A stretch of DNA of 64,000 nt from Solirubrobacterales bacterium (lineage in GTDB: Bacteria > Actinomycetota > Thermoleophilia > Solirubrobacterales > 70-9). A program made the position numbers and the translations under genes. The DNA lies in NCBI GenBank assembly GCA_035456265.1, contig DATIDP010000149.1:2719-66718 (forward strand), given 5' to 3'. Below, one piece after another: positions 1 to 9,344 of this stretch (the first letter of the stretch is position 1; each line of letters starts with the position of its first letter). The notes under the pieces are model-generated. The model had not been told where the DNA came from. It saw only the letters and a list, made by a program, of their open reading frames with translations, and searched no databases.

Positions 1-452
1 CTGCCCTCGCCCACAAGGCCGAGGAGGAGGGCGTGGTGGCCGTCGAGACGGCGGCGGGCCACGAGACCGAGGCGGTCAACATCGACCTGGTGCCAGGCGC
101 GACCTTCACCCACCCCCAAGTGGCTAGCGTCGGCATGACGGAGGAGCAGGCGAAGGAGACCGGCCGTCAGATCAAGGTCGGCAAGTTCAAGCTCGGCGGC
201 GCCGGCGCCTCCGTCGTCTACGACGACCGGGCGGGCCTGGTGAAGATCGTCGGCGACCCGGAGTACGGCGAGATCCTCGGCGCGCACATCGTCGGGAACA
301 TCGCCTGCGACATGATCAGCGAGGTCGTCAACGTGATGGCGCTCGAGGGCGGCTATCCCGAGCTCGAGCGGATCATCCATCCGCATCCGACGATGTCGGA
401 GGCGGTTCTCGACGGAGCCCGCGCCGTCGACGGCTGGGCGATCCACGCCTAG
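1..452 (+). CDS. lpdA: dihydrolipoyl dehydrogenase (E3), C-terminal fragment; 5-prime end outside window
   Basis: Frame of ORF 33..452 stays open to the window edge. C-terminal dimerisation-domain sequence with the HPHPTMSEAV motif of E3-type flavoprotein disulfide reductases. Confidence 0.85.
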   Translation, partial: ALAHKAEEEGVVAVETAAGHETEAVNIDLVPGATFTHPQVASVGMTEEQAKETGRQIKVGKFKLGGAGASVVYDDRAGLVKIVGDPEYGEILGAHIVGNIACDMISEVVNVMALEGGYPELERIIHPHPTMSEAVLDGARAVDGWAIHA

Positions 453-456
453 GACA

Positions 457-1059
457 ATGAGAACCAATCGGCTGGAGGCCTTCTCCGATGGGGTCTTCGC
501 GGTGGCGATCACCCTGCTGGTGCTCGAGATCAATGTCCCGGGAGGAGAGAACCTCTGGCACCAGCTCAAGGACGAGTGGCCCTCGTTCGCGGCGTTCTTC
601 GTCAGCTTCTGGGTGATCGGGATCATCTGGGTCAACCACCACGGCGTCCTCGACCACCTGGAGCGAGCCGACCGGCCGGTGCTCTACCTGAACCTGCTGG
701 TCCTGATGACCGTCGTCTTCATCCCCTTCTCGACCGCCCTGATGGCGGAGCACCTGAAGAGCGGCGCCGACGAGAGAGTCGCTGCCCTCGTCTACAGCGG
801 AGCGTTCCTGGCGATGGCGATCGCCTTCGGCGTCCTCTGGGAGTACATCACCCGGCACCGCGGGCCCCTGGGCGTCGAGCTCAGCGACGATGAGGTTCGC
901 CGCATCTCGGTCGGGTTCCAGATCGGCAATCCCTTCTACGCCGTCGCCGTCGCCGTCTCGTTCATCAGTCCGGCCGTCGTGCTCGTGATCATCGCGGCGC
1001 TCGCCGTCTATTACATGGTCGCGGGCATGCGCAGCCCGGACCGGGCGGAGACCGGCTGA
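457..1059 (+). CDS. TMEM175/DUF1211-family membrane protein (putative K+ channel)
   Basis: N-terminal signature RLEAFSDGVFAVAITLLVLE; multiple hydrophobic helices; 200 aa. Confidence 0.7.
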   Translation: MRTNRLEAFSDGVFAVAITLLVLEINVPGGENLWHQLKDEWPSFAAFFVSFWVIGIIWVNHHGVLDHLERADRPVLYLNLLVLMTVVFIPFSTALMAEHLKSGADERVAALVYSGAFLAMAIAFGVLWEYITRHRGPLGVELSDDEVRRISVGFQIGNPFYAVAVAVSFISPAVVLVIIAALAVYYMVAGMRSPDRAETG

Positions 1060-1664
1060 TGAGCGAGCGCGCGACCTTCTACTACGACTTCAACTCGCCC
1101 TACTCGTACCTGGCGGCCGAGCGGATCAGCGGGCTGTTCGCGGAGGCGGGCGTCGAGCAGCCCGAATGGCAGCCGATCTCCTTCGGCCACCTGCTCAAGA
1201 CCACGGGCCGGCGGCCTTGGTCCCTGCCCCCGGAGGGGCCCGCCCCCGATCAGCTCGAGGAGGTGCAGCGGCGCGCCCGCGAGCGTGGGCTGCCCGAGGT
1301 GATCTATCCGGAGGGATGGCCGATCGAGAACTACAGCCTCAACCCGGTCAGGGCGGCGATCTATGCGAAGGAGTCGGGACGCGTGGTCTCCTTCTCGCTC
1401 GCCTGCTTCAGGCAGGTGTTCGCGGCCGGCAGGGACATGAGCGAGGTCGACAACGTCCTGATCGCCGCCGCGGCCTGCGAGCTTCATCCCAACGCGGTCC
1501 TGAAGGCGATCCGGACCCGGTCGGTCAAGGAGCGCCTGCGGGTGGCGACCGAGGAGGCCCTGGCCCTGGGCGTGGAGGGCATCCCGACCGTCGCGGTGGG
1601 CGACCAGCTCTTCTGGGGCGACGATCGCCTCGAGGACGCGGTGCAAGCCGCGTCCGGAGATTGA
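1059..1664 (+). CDS. DsbA-like thioredoxin-fold protein, 2-hydroxychromene-2-carboxylate isomerase family
   Basis: FYYDFNSPYSYLA near the N-terminus and GIPTVAVGDQLFWGDDRL near the C-terminus. Start overlaps the upstream stop as TGATG. Confidence 0.7.
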   Translation: MSERATFYYDFNSPYSYLAAERISGLFAEAGVEQPEWQPISFGHLLKTTGRRPWSLPPEGPAPDQLEEVQRRARERGLPEVIYPEGWPIENYSLNPVRAAIYAKESGRVVSFSLACFRQVFAAGRDMSEVDNVLIAAAACELHPNAVLKAIRTRSVKERLRVATEEALALGVEGIPTVAVGDQLFWGDDRLEDAVQAASGD

Positions 1665-1715
1665 TGCGGGCGGTCGAAGCCGCGTCCGGAGATTGACGCG
1701 GGCGGTCGAAGCCGC
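1645..1715. repeat. 32-bp tandem duplication, about 2.2 copies, one mismatch
   Basis: aagccgcgtccggagattgaYgcgggcggtcg at 1645 and 1677, with a partial third copy (aagccgc) at 1709. Copy 1 contains the TGA stop (1662-1664) of the preceding gene. Confidence 0.9.
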
Positions 1716-1761
1716 CTCCTGATTCTCCGACCGGCTTTCGCGGCGGGAGTAGGCTGATCCC

Positions 1762-2985
1762 GTGGCCCAGAGCAAGACCAGGACGCGTCGCGAAGCCCCC
1801 GGCTCGGCCGACGGCCAGGCGCCCGTCAGGAAGACCGAGCTGCCCGACAAGGAGACCTGCCGCGAGCTGCTCAGGCTGATGGCGCTGATCCGCCGCTTCG
1901 AGGAGGAGGCGGGCCGCCAGTACCAGCGCGCCAAGGCCGGCGGCTTCCTCCACCTGGCGATCGGCGAGGAGGCGACGATCGTCGGGACGACCTCCGTGAT
2001 GCGGCCGGAGGACTACCTGATCGGCACCTACCGCACGCACGGCCACGCGATCGCCCGCGGCACCGAACCCAGGAGGGTGATGGCCGAGCTCTTCGGCCGC
2101 GTGGACGGCACCTCGGGAGGACGCGGAGGCTCGATGCACATCTTCGACCTGGAGCACCGCTTCATGGGCGGCTACGGGATCGTCGGCGGGAACCTGCCTC
2201 TGGCCGCCGGACTCGCGCTCTCGTCCGACTACAAGGGCACCGACGAGGTGACCGTCTGCATGTTCGGCGACGGCGCCTCCAACACCGGCAACTTCGGCGA
2301 GACCATGAACCTGGCGGCGCTCTGGAGCCTGCCGGTGGTCTTCCTTGTCGAGAACAACCTCTACGGGATGGGGACCGCGCTCGAGCGACACTCGGCGGTG
2401 CCCGACCTCTCGCACAAGGCCGAGGGCATGGGCGTGCCCGGCGTGCGCGTCGACGGCATGGACGTGCTCGCCGTGAGAGAGGTCGTGTCAGAGCACATCC
2501 GCGTGGCTCGGGAGGACCGCAGGCCGACCCTGGTCGAGGCCTTCACCTACCGCTACCGCGGCCACTCCGCGGCGGATCCCGAGGTTTACCGCGAGAAGGA
2601 GGAGGTGGAGGAGTGGCAGCGCAAGGACCCGATCGAGAGCTTCACCCGGCGCCTGATCGAGGAGAAGGTCCTCTCCGAGGACGAGATCCAGGAGATCCGC
2701 GACGAGGCTGACACGACGGTGACCAAGGCGGTCGAGTTCGCCGACGACTCGCCGGAGCCCCCGCTCGACTCGCTCTACGACCACCTCTACGTGCTCGGCG
2801 ACCAGGTGCCCGGCTGGTACGGCGTGGACGAGCGCTCGCCGGACTCGCACGCGGCGGAGGAGGAGCGGGCCGCGACTGAGCGTGCCCGGCAGCTCGCCGA
2901 GCGCGGCGCCGAGTACGCGGAGGACGAGGAGCTGCGGGAGGCCGAGGGCGACCAGCCGGATACCCGGCCGGAGGACGTGCACTGA
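1762..2985 (+). CDS. pdhA: 2-oxoacid (pyruvate/acetoin-type) dehydrogenase E1 alpha subunit, TPP-dependent
   Basis: E1-alpha motifs (GDGASNTGNFGETMNLAALW, VENNLYGMGT, YRYRGHSAADP). GTG start. Has an extra acidic C-terminal tail of about 70 aa. Confidence 0.85.
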   Translation: MAQSKTRTRREAPGSADGQAPVRKTELPDKETCRELLRLMALIRRFEEEAGRQYQRAKAGGFLHLAIGEEATIVGTTSVMRPEDYLIGTYRTHGHAIARGTEPRRVMAELFGRVDGTSGGRGGSMHIFDLEHRFMGGYGIVGGNLPLAAGLALSSDYKGTDEVTVCMFGDGASNTGNFGETMNLAALWSLPVVFLVENNLYGMGTALERHSAVPDLSHKAEGMGVPGVRVDGMDVLAVREVVSEHIRVAREDRRPTLVEAFTYRYRGHSAADPEVYREKEEVEEWQRKDPIESFTRRLIEEKVLSEDEIQEIRDEADTTVTKAVEFADDSPEPPLDSLYDHLYVLGDQVPGWYGVDERSPDSHAAEEERAATERARQLAERGAEYAEDEELREAEGDQPDTRPEDVH

Positions 2986-3974
2986 TGCCGACGATGCGAA
3001 TGCGCGAGGCGCTCAGGGACGCGATGGCGGAGGAGATGCGCCGCGACGAGGACGTCTTCGTGATGGGCGAGGACGTAGCGGTCTTCCAGGGGTCCTTCAA
3101 GGTCACCGAGGGCCTGCTCGACGAGTTCGGCGAGAAGCGGGTCCGCGACACGCCGATCTCCGAGAACTCGATCGTCGGGATGGGCGTCGGCGCCGCGATG
3201 GGGGGACTGCGGCCGGTCGTCGAGATCATGACCGTCAACTTCGCGCTCCTGGCGATGGACCAGATCGTCAACCACGCCGCCGCTATCCCCTACATGTTCG
3301 GCGGCCAGGTGCGGGTGCCGCTGGTGATCCGCATGCCCGGCGGCGGCGGACACCAGCTCGGTCCCACCCACTCACACAGCTTCGAGGCGCTCTTCCTGCA
3401 GATCCCGGGCCTGCTCGTCGCCTGTCCCTCCACCCCAGGGGACGGCAAGGGCCTGCTCAAGGCCGCAATCCGCGACGACAACCCGGTGATCTTCATCGAG
3501 CACGAGACGCTCTACGGCATCCGCGGCGAGGTCCCCGAGAACGGGGACGGCGTCGTCGACTTCGGAGAGGCGGCGATCCGCCGCGAGGGCTCGGACGTGA
3601 CGATCGTCGGCATCCTGCGGATGGTCGAGGTCGCTCAGCAGGCGGCGCGCACGCTCTCCGAGGAGCATGGTGTGGAGGCGGAGGTGATCGACCCCCGGAC
3701 CCTGCGCCCGCTCGACCTCGACACGATCGTCAAGTCCGTCCAGAAGACGAACCGAGTCGTGATCGTCGAGGAGGGCTGGCCGCACGGGGGGGTCGGCGCG
3801 AACCTCGCGGCGCTGATCCAGGGCCAGGCGTTCGACTACCTCGACGCGCCCGTCGAGCGGGTGACCGGAGCGGACGTCCACATGCCGTACTCGAAGCGGA
3901 TGGAGCAGGCGGCGATCCCGCACGCCGAGCACGTCGTCAGCGCCGCGCTCCAGACCCTCGAGGGGAGCCGCTGA
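2985..3974 (+). CDS. pdhB: 2-oxoacid dehydrogenase E1 beta subunit
   Basis: Transketolase-like pyrimidine-binding and C-terminal domains (MGEDVAVFQGSFKVTEGL, RVRDTPISE, IDPRTLRPLD). TGATG overlap with pdhA. Confidence 0.9.
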   Translation: MPTMRMREALRDAMAEEMRRDEDVFVMGEDVAVFQGSFKVTEGLLDEFGEKRVRDTPISENSIVGMGVGAAMGGLRPVVEIMTVNFALLAMDQIVNHAAAIPYMFGGQVRVPLVIRMPGGGGHQLGPTHSHSFEALFLQIPGLLVACPSTPGDGKGLLKAAIRDDNPVIFIEHETLYGIRGEVPENGDGVVDFGEAAIRREGSDVTIVGILRMVEVAQQAARTLSEEHGVEAEVIDPRTLRPLDLDTIVKSVQKTNRVVIVEEGWPHGGVGANLAALIQGQAFDYLDAPVERVTGADVHMPYSKRMEQAAIPHAEHVVSAALQTLEGSR

Positions 3975-5356
3975 TGGCCGAGATCGTGATGCCCCGCCTC
4001 TCCGACTCCATGGAGGAGGGCACAGTGTTGCGTTGGCTGAAGTCGGCCGGGGATGAGGTGGCGGTCGGCGACGAGCTGGTCGAGATCGAGACCGACAAGG
4101 CGAACATGGTCTACGAGTCGGACCTCGACGGGACCCTGGTCGAGATCCTGGCGCAGGAGGGGGACACGCTGCCCGTCGGCGATCCGATCGCGCGGGTTGG
4201 TGATGCTTCGCAGGTGGTCGACGGGCGCGGGGCCGATGCCGTTGCCCGGGACCGCCCGCCATCGACAGGAGAGCAGGGCTACAACGGGGGTGGCGAAAAG
4301 GTCCCGGGCCCCGACATCGCCCCCGCCCCGACGGCCGCTGCTGCGACGCCGGGGCCCGCAACGGCACCCCCGGCAGCCGGTCCCACTCCCTCCCCAGCCG
4401 GCGCTGGCGGTGACGGGCGCGTGAGGGCGTCTCCCATCGCCCGGCGCATCGCAGCAGATCGCGGGCTCGACCTACAGGGGCTGCAGGGCTCCGGACCGGG
4501 TGGGCGGATCGTCAAGGCGGACGTGGAACGCGCGCTCGCATCGGGCGCAGGTGCGGCAGCCGCGACGCAGGTGACGCCGCAGCCGCCCGCGGAGGCCCCG
4601 GTGGCTCCGCCGACACCGGCAGGCCCGACACCCGGCGTCCGCGAGAGGCCCGAGACGGCAAAGGGCCAGGTCGAGGTCGTCGAGCTGACCAAGCTCCAGC
4701 AGACGGTCGCGCGCCGGATGGCCGAGTCGAAGGCCACCGCACCCCACTTCTACCTCCAGGCCGAGATCGACATGACCTCCGCCGTCCAGGGCCGCGCCAA
4801 GCTGAAGGCCTCCGCCAGGGAGGGCGAGGTCGTGCCCACCTTCAACGACATGGTGGTCAAGGCCTGCGCCCTGGCCCTGCGCGAGCACCCGCGCGCCAAC
4901 GGCGCCTACCGCGACGGCAAGATCGAGCTCTACTCGCGGGTCAACGTCGGCGTCGCGGTCGCCGCCCAGGACGCCCTCGTGGTGCCGACCGTCTTCGACG
5001 CCGACCAGAAGGGGCTGCGCCGGATCGCTACCGAGGCGCGTGCGCTCGCCGCGCGGGTCCGGGACGGCTCGATCACGCCTCCCGAGCTCTCCGGGGGCAC
5101 TTTCACGGTCTCGAACCTCGGCATGTACGGGATCTCCAACTTCGGTGCCGTGATCAACACGCCGCAGGCCGGCATCCTCGCCGTCGGCGAGGTGAGGGCC
5201 AGGCCGCTGGTGACGGATTCCGGCGAGATCGCGCCACGCCAGCTGATGGGAGTGACACTCGCCTGCGACCACCGCATCCTCTACGGCGCGGACGGCGCCG
5301 AGTTCCTGGCACGGGTCAGAGAGCTGCTCGAGGAGCCGCTGGGGCTCGCGCTCTGA
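3974..5356 (+). CDS. pdhC: dihydrolipoamide acyltransferase (E2): lipoyl domain, Pro/Ala linker, subunit-binding domain, catalytic domain
   Basis: MAEIVMPRLSDSMEEGTV...IETDKA lipoyl motif, RASPIARRIA subunit-binding domain, catalytic DHRILYGADGAEFL. ATG 3974 overlaps the pdhB stop. The upstream part of track ORF 2882..5356 is a frame shadow. Confidence 0.9.
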   Translation: MAEIVMPRLSDSMEEGTVLRWLKSAGDEVAVGDELVEIETDKANMVYESDLDGTLVEILAQEGDTLPVGDPIARVGDASQVVDGRGADAVARDRPPSTGEQGYNGGGEKVPGPDIAPAPTAAAATPGPATAPPAAGPTPSPAGAGGDGRVRASPIARRIAADRGLDLQGLQGSGPGGRIVKADVERALASGAGAAAATQVTPQPPAEAPVAPPTPAGPTPGVRERPETAKGQVEVVELTKLQQTVARRMAESKATAPHFYLQAEIDMTSAVQGRAKLKASAREGEVVPTFNDMVVKACALALREHPRANGAYRDGKIELYSRVNVGVAVAAQDALVVPTVFDADQKGLRRIATEARALAARVRDGSITPPELSGGTFTVSNLGMYGISNFGAVINTPQAGILAVGEVRARPLVTDSGEIAPRQLMGVTLACDHRILYGADGAEFLARVRELLEEPLGLAL

Positions 5357-5363
5357 CCGATCG

Positions 5364-5693
5364 TCAGGCGCCCGGAAGCGCGTCGATCAGGAACAGTCGA
5401 GCGGGCTCGTCGCCCTCGCTGCGACCGCGGTGGCGAGGAGCCGTCGGCAGGACGAAGGCCTCCCCGGCGCCGACCTCCAGAGGGTCGCTGTCGTCCTCGA
5501 AGCTGTAGGTGATCCGGCCGCTCACGACGTAGCCCGAGTGGGGAACGTCGCACCATCCCTCCCGGCCGGCGCCCGGCGTGTACTCGACCAGGGCCCAGCG
5601 TGTGCCGTCCACATCCACCTCGCGGTCGGTCACCCCCGGGTCGTGTGAGACCGGTTCCGAGCCGGAGAAGTCCACGCTTCGCGGGTCGGTCAT
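5364..5693 (-). CDS. cupin-domain protein
   Basis: 109 aa with a small beta-barrel cupin-like pattern (HSGYVVSGRITYSFED...GEAFVLP). Convergent with pdhC. Confidence 0.6.
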   Translation of the reverse strand: MTDPRSVDFSGSEPVSHDPGVTDREVDVDGTRWALVEYTPGAGREGWCDVPHSGYVVSGRITYSFEDDSDPLEVGAGEAFVLPTAPRHRGRSEGDEPARLFLIDALPGA

Positions 5694-5779
5694 CGGAAAG
5701 ACCCTAACGAGCGGGCAGTTCCTCCCACGCCCTGTTTTCTCGACAGGGGCGGGGGTATGATCCGTTCGTCACATAGGGA

Positions 5780-5798
5780 GGAGAGGTGATCCCTCTCC
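5780..5798 (+). promoter_or_regulatory. leader hairpin ggagagg-tgatc-cctctcc containing a 10-nt complement of the 16S 3-prime end
   Basis: Perfect 7-bp stem. gaggtgatcc (5783-5792) complements the canonical 16S tail GGAUCACCUC. The cctctcc arm could also pair with the bkdA SD-like gagagg at 5881-5886. Confidence 0.25.
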
Positions 5799-5900
5799 GC
5801 CCGTTGTCCGTGAAGGCGGCACCCCGGTTGATCCCGGAGCCGCATCGACTAGCTCGCCGGAGGCGATCCCGAGGGCGGGTGAGAGGAAAGGCGGACCGAT

Positions 5901-7049
5901 ATGAAGCTCGAAGCCGCGAGCCCGAGTCGCTCGGCTGAACGCGAGGGTACGGATGCCCTGACGCGGGACGACCGGGCCCTGCTCCTCCGCTACATGCTGC
6001 TCATGCGGCTCTCCGAGGAGCGAGCCCTGACCCTCTACAAGCAGGGCAAGGTGCCCGGCTCCTTCTACGACGGGCGAGGCCAGGAGGCGATCTGCGTGGG
6101 CGCCGCCTTCACCCTCGGGCCCCGGGATCGGACGTGCATCCTGCATCGCGACCTCGGGGCTCATTTCGTTCGTGGGGTGACTCCCGACCGCTACCTGGCG
6201 AACTACATGGGTCGGGAGGGCGGCGTCACCGGCGGCAAGGACGGGAACATGCACTTCGGCGACCCCGAGCTCGGCTGCGTCGGCATGGTGAGCATGCTTC
6301 CCGACATGGCCCAGGTGGCCGCAGGCATGGCCCTCACGTTCAAGATGCGCTCCGAGCCGCGGGTTGCGATGACCTTCTTCGGCGAGGGATCGACGGCCAA
6401 CGGCCAGTGGCACGAGGCGATGAACTTCGCCGGCGTTCACCGCCTGCCTGTGGTCTTCGTGCTCGAGAACAACCAGTTCGCCTATTCGACCCCGACCGAC
6501 CTCGAGTTCGCGGTCGACCCGGTTCAGCGCGCCAAGGGCTACGGCTTCCCGGGCGTCAGCGTCGACGGAAACGACGTCGAGGCGGTCTTCGAGGTTGCCC
6601 GGGTCGCCACCGAGCGCGCCCGTGAGGGTGACGGCCCGACCCTGATCGAGTGCCACACGATGCGCATGCACGGCCACGGCGCCCACGACGACATGAGCTA
6701 CGTGCCGAAGGAGCTGCTCGAGGAATGGTCGCGTCGCGACCCGATCGAGCAGTACACGCGGCGGCTCGTGGACGAGCACGGCTTCGAGCCTGAGCAGGTG
6801 GATCGGATTCGCGAGTCGGCGGCCGCCTACGTGGACGAGTGCGCTGACCGGGCGGTCGCGTCGCCGATGCCCGATCCGACCGTGGCCGCCGACGGAGTGT
6901 TCGCCGAGAGCTGGAAGCCGCTCGGCGACGGCGAGGCGCCCTGGTCGCGCTGGAGCGCGACCGAGGGCCAGGGGGGAACGAATGGCAACGGCCGCCACGC
7001 GAGCAACGGGCACCGCGGTGCGCTGCTCGAACACGGGAGGGCCGCCTGA
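5901..7049 (+). CDS. bkdA: branched-chain 2-oxoacid dehydrogenase E1 alpha subunit
   Basis: E1-alpha motifs (FFGEGSTANGQWHEAMNFA, LENNQFAYSTP, MRMHGHGAHDD). Operon also carries E1 beta, E2 and leucine dehydrogenase. Confidence 0.85.
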   Translation: MKLEAASPSRSAEREGTDALTRDDRALLLRYMLLMRLSEERALTLYKQGKVPGSFYDGRGQEAICVGAAFTLGPRDRTCILHRDLGAHFVRGVTPDRYLANYMGREGGVTGGKDGNMHFGDPELGCVGMVSMLPDMAQVAAGMALTFKMRSEPRVAMTFFGEGSTANGQWHEAMNFAGVHRLPVVFVLENNQFAYSTPTDLEFAVDPVQRAKGYGFPGVSVDGNDVEAVFEVARVATERAREGDGPTLIECHTMRMHGHGAHDDMSYVPKELLEEWSRRDPIEQYTRRLVDEHGFEPEQVDRIRESAAAYVDECADRAVASPMPDPTVAADGVFAESWKPLGDGEAPWSRWSATEGQGGTNGNGRHASNGHRGALLEHGRAA

Positions 7050-8014
7050 TGGCAGAGATGAGCTACCTGCAGGCGATCAGCGACGGTCTGCGCGAGGAGA
7101 TGCGCCGCGATGAGGCCGTGTTCTGCCTCGGCGAGGACATCGGCGCCTTCGGCGGCGCCTTCAAGGTCACGGACGGCTTCATCGAGGAATTCGGGGCCGG
7201 CCGCGTCCTGGACACGCCGCTGGCCGAGAACATGATCATCGGCGCCTCGATCGGCGCCGCGATCGAGGGCATGAGGCCGGTTGCCGAGATGCAGTTCGCC
7301 GACTTCATCTCCTGCGGGTTCGACCAGCTGGTGAACGTCGCCGGGAAGCTGCACTACCGGCAGGGCGTGTCGGTCCCGATGGTCGTCCGGCTGCCATCGG
7401 GCGGCGGGTTCTCGGGCGGTCCTTTTCACTCGCAGAACCCCGAGGCCTGGTTCATGCAGTCCCCCGGGCTCAAGGTCGTGGCGCCCGCCACGGCCGAGGA
7501 CGCGAAGGGGCTGCTGATCAGCGCGATCCGCGACCCCAATCCGGTCTGCTATCTCGAGCACAAGGGCCTCTACCGCCACGTCAAGGGCGAGGTGCCGGAG
7601 GGCGAGCACGCCGTTCCCCTCGGCGAGGCACGGGTGGCGAGGGAGGGCGGCGAGCTGACCGTGATCGCGTACGGCTCCTCCGTGCCGCTCGCCCTGCAAG
7701 CGGCGGAGGAGCTCGACGAGGACATCGAGGTCATCGATCTGCGGACGCTCAACCCGCTTGACGAGTACTCGATCCTCCGAAGCGCCGAGAAGACCGGAAA
7801 GGTCCTGGTCGCTCACGAGGCGACCCGTTCCTGCGGTGTGGGCGCCGAGGTCGCGAGCCTGATCTCGGAGCGCGCCTTCGAGTCGCTCGACGCTCCGGTA
7901 CGCCGACTGACGGCGCCCGACGTGCCGATCCCCTTCAGCCCCCCGCTCGAGCAGTCGGTGCTGCCGCAGCTCGAAGACATGAAGGAGGCCTGCCGTGAGC
8001 TCATCGCCTACTGA
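7049..8014 (+). CDS. bkdB: branched-chain 2-oxoacid dehydrogenase E1 beta subunit
   Basis: LGEDIGAFGGAFKVTDGF, RVLDTPLAE, IDLRTLNPLD. TGATG overlap with bkdA. Confidence 0.9.
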   Translation: MAEMSYLQAISDGLREEMRRDEAVFCLGEDIGAFGGAFKVTDGFIEEFGAGRVLDTPLAENMIIGASIGAAIEGMRPVAEMQFADFISCGFDQLVNVAGKLHYRQGVSVPMVVRLPSGGGFSGGPFHSQNPEAWFMQSPGLKVVAPATAEDAKGLLISAIRDPNPVCYLEHKGLYRHVKGEVPEGEHAVPLGEARVAREGGELTVIAYGSSVPLALQAAEELDEDIEVIDLRTLNPLDEYSILRSAEKTGKVLVAHEATRSCGVGAEVASLISERAFESLDAPVRRLTAPDVPIPFSPPLEQSVLPQLEDMKEACRELIAY

Positions 8015-9344
8015 CGCGCAACTGACGCAGATCGTCATGCCCCAGATGGGCGTCTCGGTCGCGGAGGGCACCATCGTCGAGTGGTCGAAGCGGCCCGGCG
8101 ACTGGGTCGAGCGCGACGAGACGGTCTGTCTGGTGACCACCGACAAGATCGACGTCGAGATCCCCTCGCCGGCGGCCGGAAGACTCGCGGCGATCCTGGT
8201 CGAACCGGGCGACACCGTCGACGTTGGCACCCCGCTCGCCGAGCTCGACGCAGGCGCGCGACCCGGCGAGGCTCATCCCGAGGAGCACCACGAGGAGCCT
8301 GAGCCCGGACGGGCGGAAGCGGAGACCGGTCGAGAGCCCGCGAGCGCCGAGGACGAGACCGATCGCTCCGGCTTCCACTCGCCGATCGTCCGGCGAATGG
8401 CGGACGAGCACGACATCGACCTCTCGCAGGTCCAGGGGACCGGCATCGGCGGGCGGATCCGCAAGCGCGACCTCGTCGCGCTGATCGAGTCGGGGTCCGT
8501 GCCGGAGAAGGCAGAGGCGGCCGAGGAGCCTGTCGAGGAGCCCCCGCTGCACAGCGAGTCGCCCTACCGTCCCGAGGCGCCGGCCGCTGCACCGGCGGAG
8601 GCCCCCGCGCAGGCGGGCGACGGAAACGGCGCGGCGCCTGCCGCGGACGTCCTCCCCGGCGAGCGCCGCGAGCCGATGTCGCCGATGCGCCGGCGGATCG
8701 CCGAGCACATGCTCCAGAGCCGCCGCACCTCGGCCCACTGCACGACGATCGTCGAGGTCGACCTCGACCGCGTCGTGGCAACCCGCCGCGAGCTGAAGGA
8801 GGGAATGGCCCGGCGCGACGTGCCGCTCACCTACCTCGCGTTCGTCGCGAGCGCGGCGGTGGCGGAGCTGGATCGACACCCGATCCTGAACGCCTCGATC
8901 GAGGGCGGCGAGCTCGTCTACCACGAGGACGTCAACCTCGGGATCGCGGTGGCGCTGGAGTCCGGGCTGATCGTTCCGGTGATCCGGCACGCCCAGCGGC
9001 TCAGCCTGGAGGGCCTGGCCGGTGAGATCGCGCGTCTTGCGCAGCGGGCGCGCACCGGGAAGCTGGACCCGGACGACGTCGCCGGCGGCACGTTCACGAT
9101 CACGAACCCGGGGCAGTTCGGCGCCGTCCTGGCGACGCCGATCATCAACCAGCCGCAGGTCGCGATCCTCGACCTGGAGGCGGTGGTCAAGCGGCCCGTC
9201 GTGATCGATGACGAATCCGAGGCGGTCGCGGTCCGCCCGATGACCAACCTCTGCATGTCCTGGGATCACCGGGCACTCGATGGAGCGGAGGCGGCTCGTT
9301 TCCTCTCGGACGTCAAGACCCGACTGGAGGGGTGGGAGCGATGA
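7995..9344 (+). CDS. bkdC: branched-chain lipoamide acyltransferase (E2)
   Basis: Lipoyl domain (VTTDKIDVEIPSP), subunit-binding domain (HSPIVRRMA), catalytic WDHRALDGAEAARFL. The start may instead be ATG 8037 (MPQMGVSVAEG). Confidence 0.85.
   Translation: MSSSPTDAQLTQIVMPQMGVSVAEGTIVEWSKRPGDWVERDETVCLVTTDKIDVEIPSPAAGRLAAILVEPGDTVDVGTPLAELDAGARPGEAHPEEHHEEPEPGRAEAETGREPASAEDETDRSGFHSPIVRRMADEHDIDLSQVQGTGIGGRIRKRDLVALIESGSVPEKAEAAEEPVEEPPLHSESPYRPEAPAAAPAEAPAQAGDGNGAAPAADVLPGERREPMSPMRRRIAEHMLQSRRTSAHCTTIVEVDLDRVVATRRELKEGMARRDVPLTYLAFVASAAVAELDRHPILNASIEGGELVYHEDVNLGIAVALESGLIVPVIRHAQRLSLEGLAGEIARLAQRARTGKLDPDDVAGGTFTITNPGQFGAVLATPIINQPQVAILDLEAVVKRPVVIDDESEAVAVRPMTNLCMSWDHRALDGAEAARFLSDVKTRLEGWER

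Noticed and set aside
1645-1715. The 32-bp repeat as a minimal CRISPR array.
   Set aside because: The copies are contiguous with no spacers, there are only about 2.2 copies, and no cas genes are present. It is a simple tandem duplication.
2882-3973. N-terminal 364 aa of the 824-aa track ORF 2882..5356.
   Set aside because: It is an Arg/Pro/Gly-rich shadow frame lying entirely over pdhB. The E2 lipoyl domain begins at ATG 3974, which overlaps the pdhB stop.
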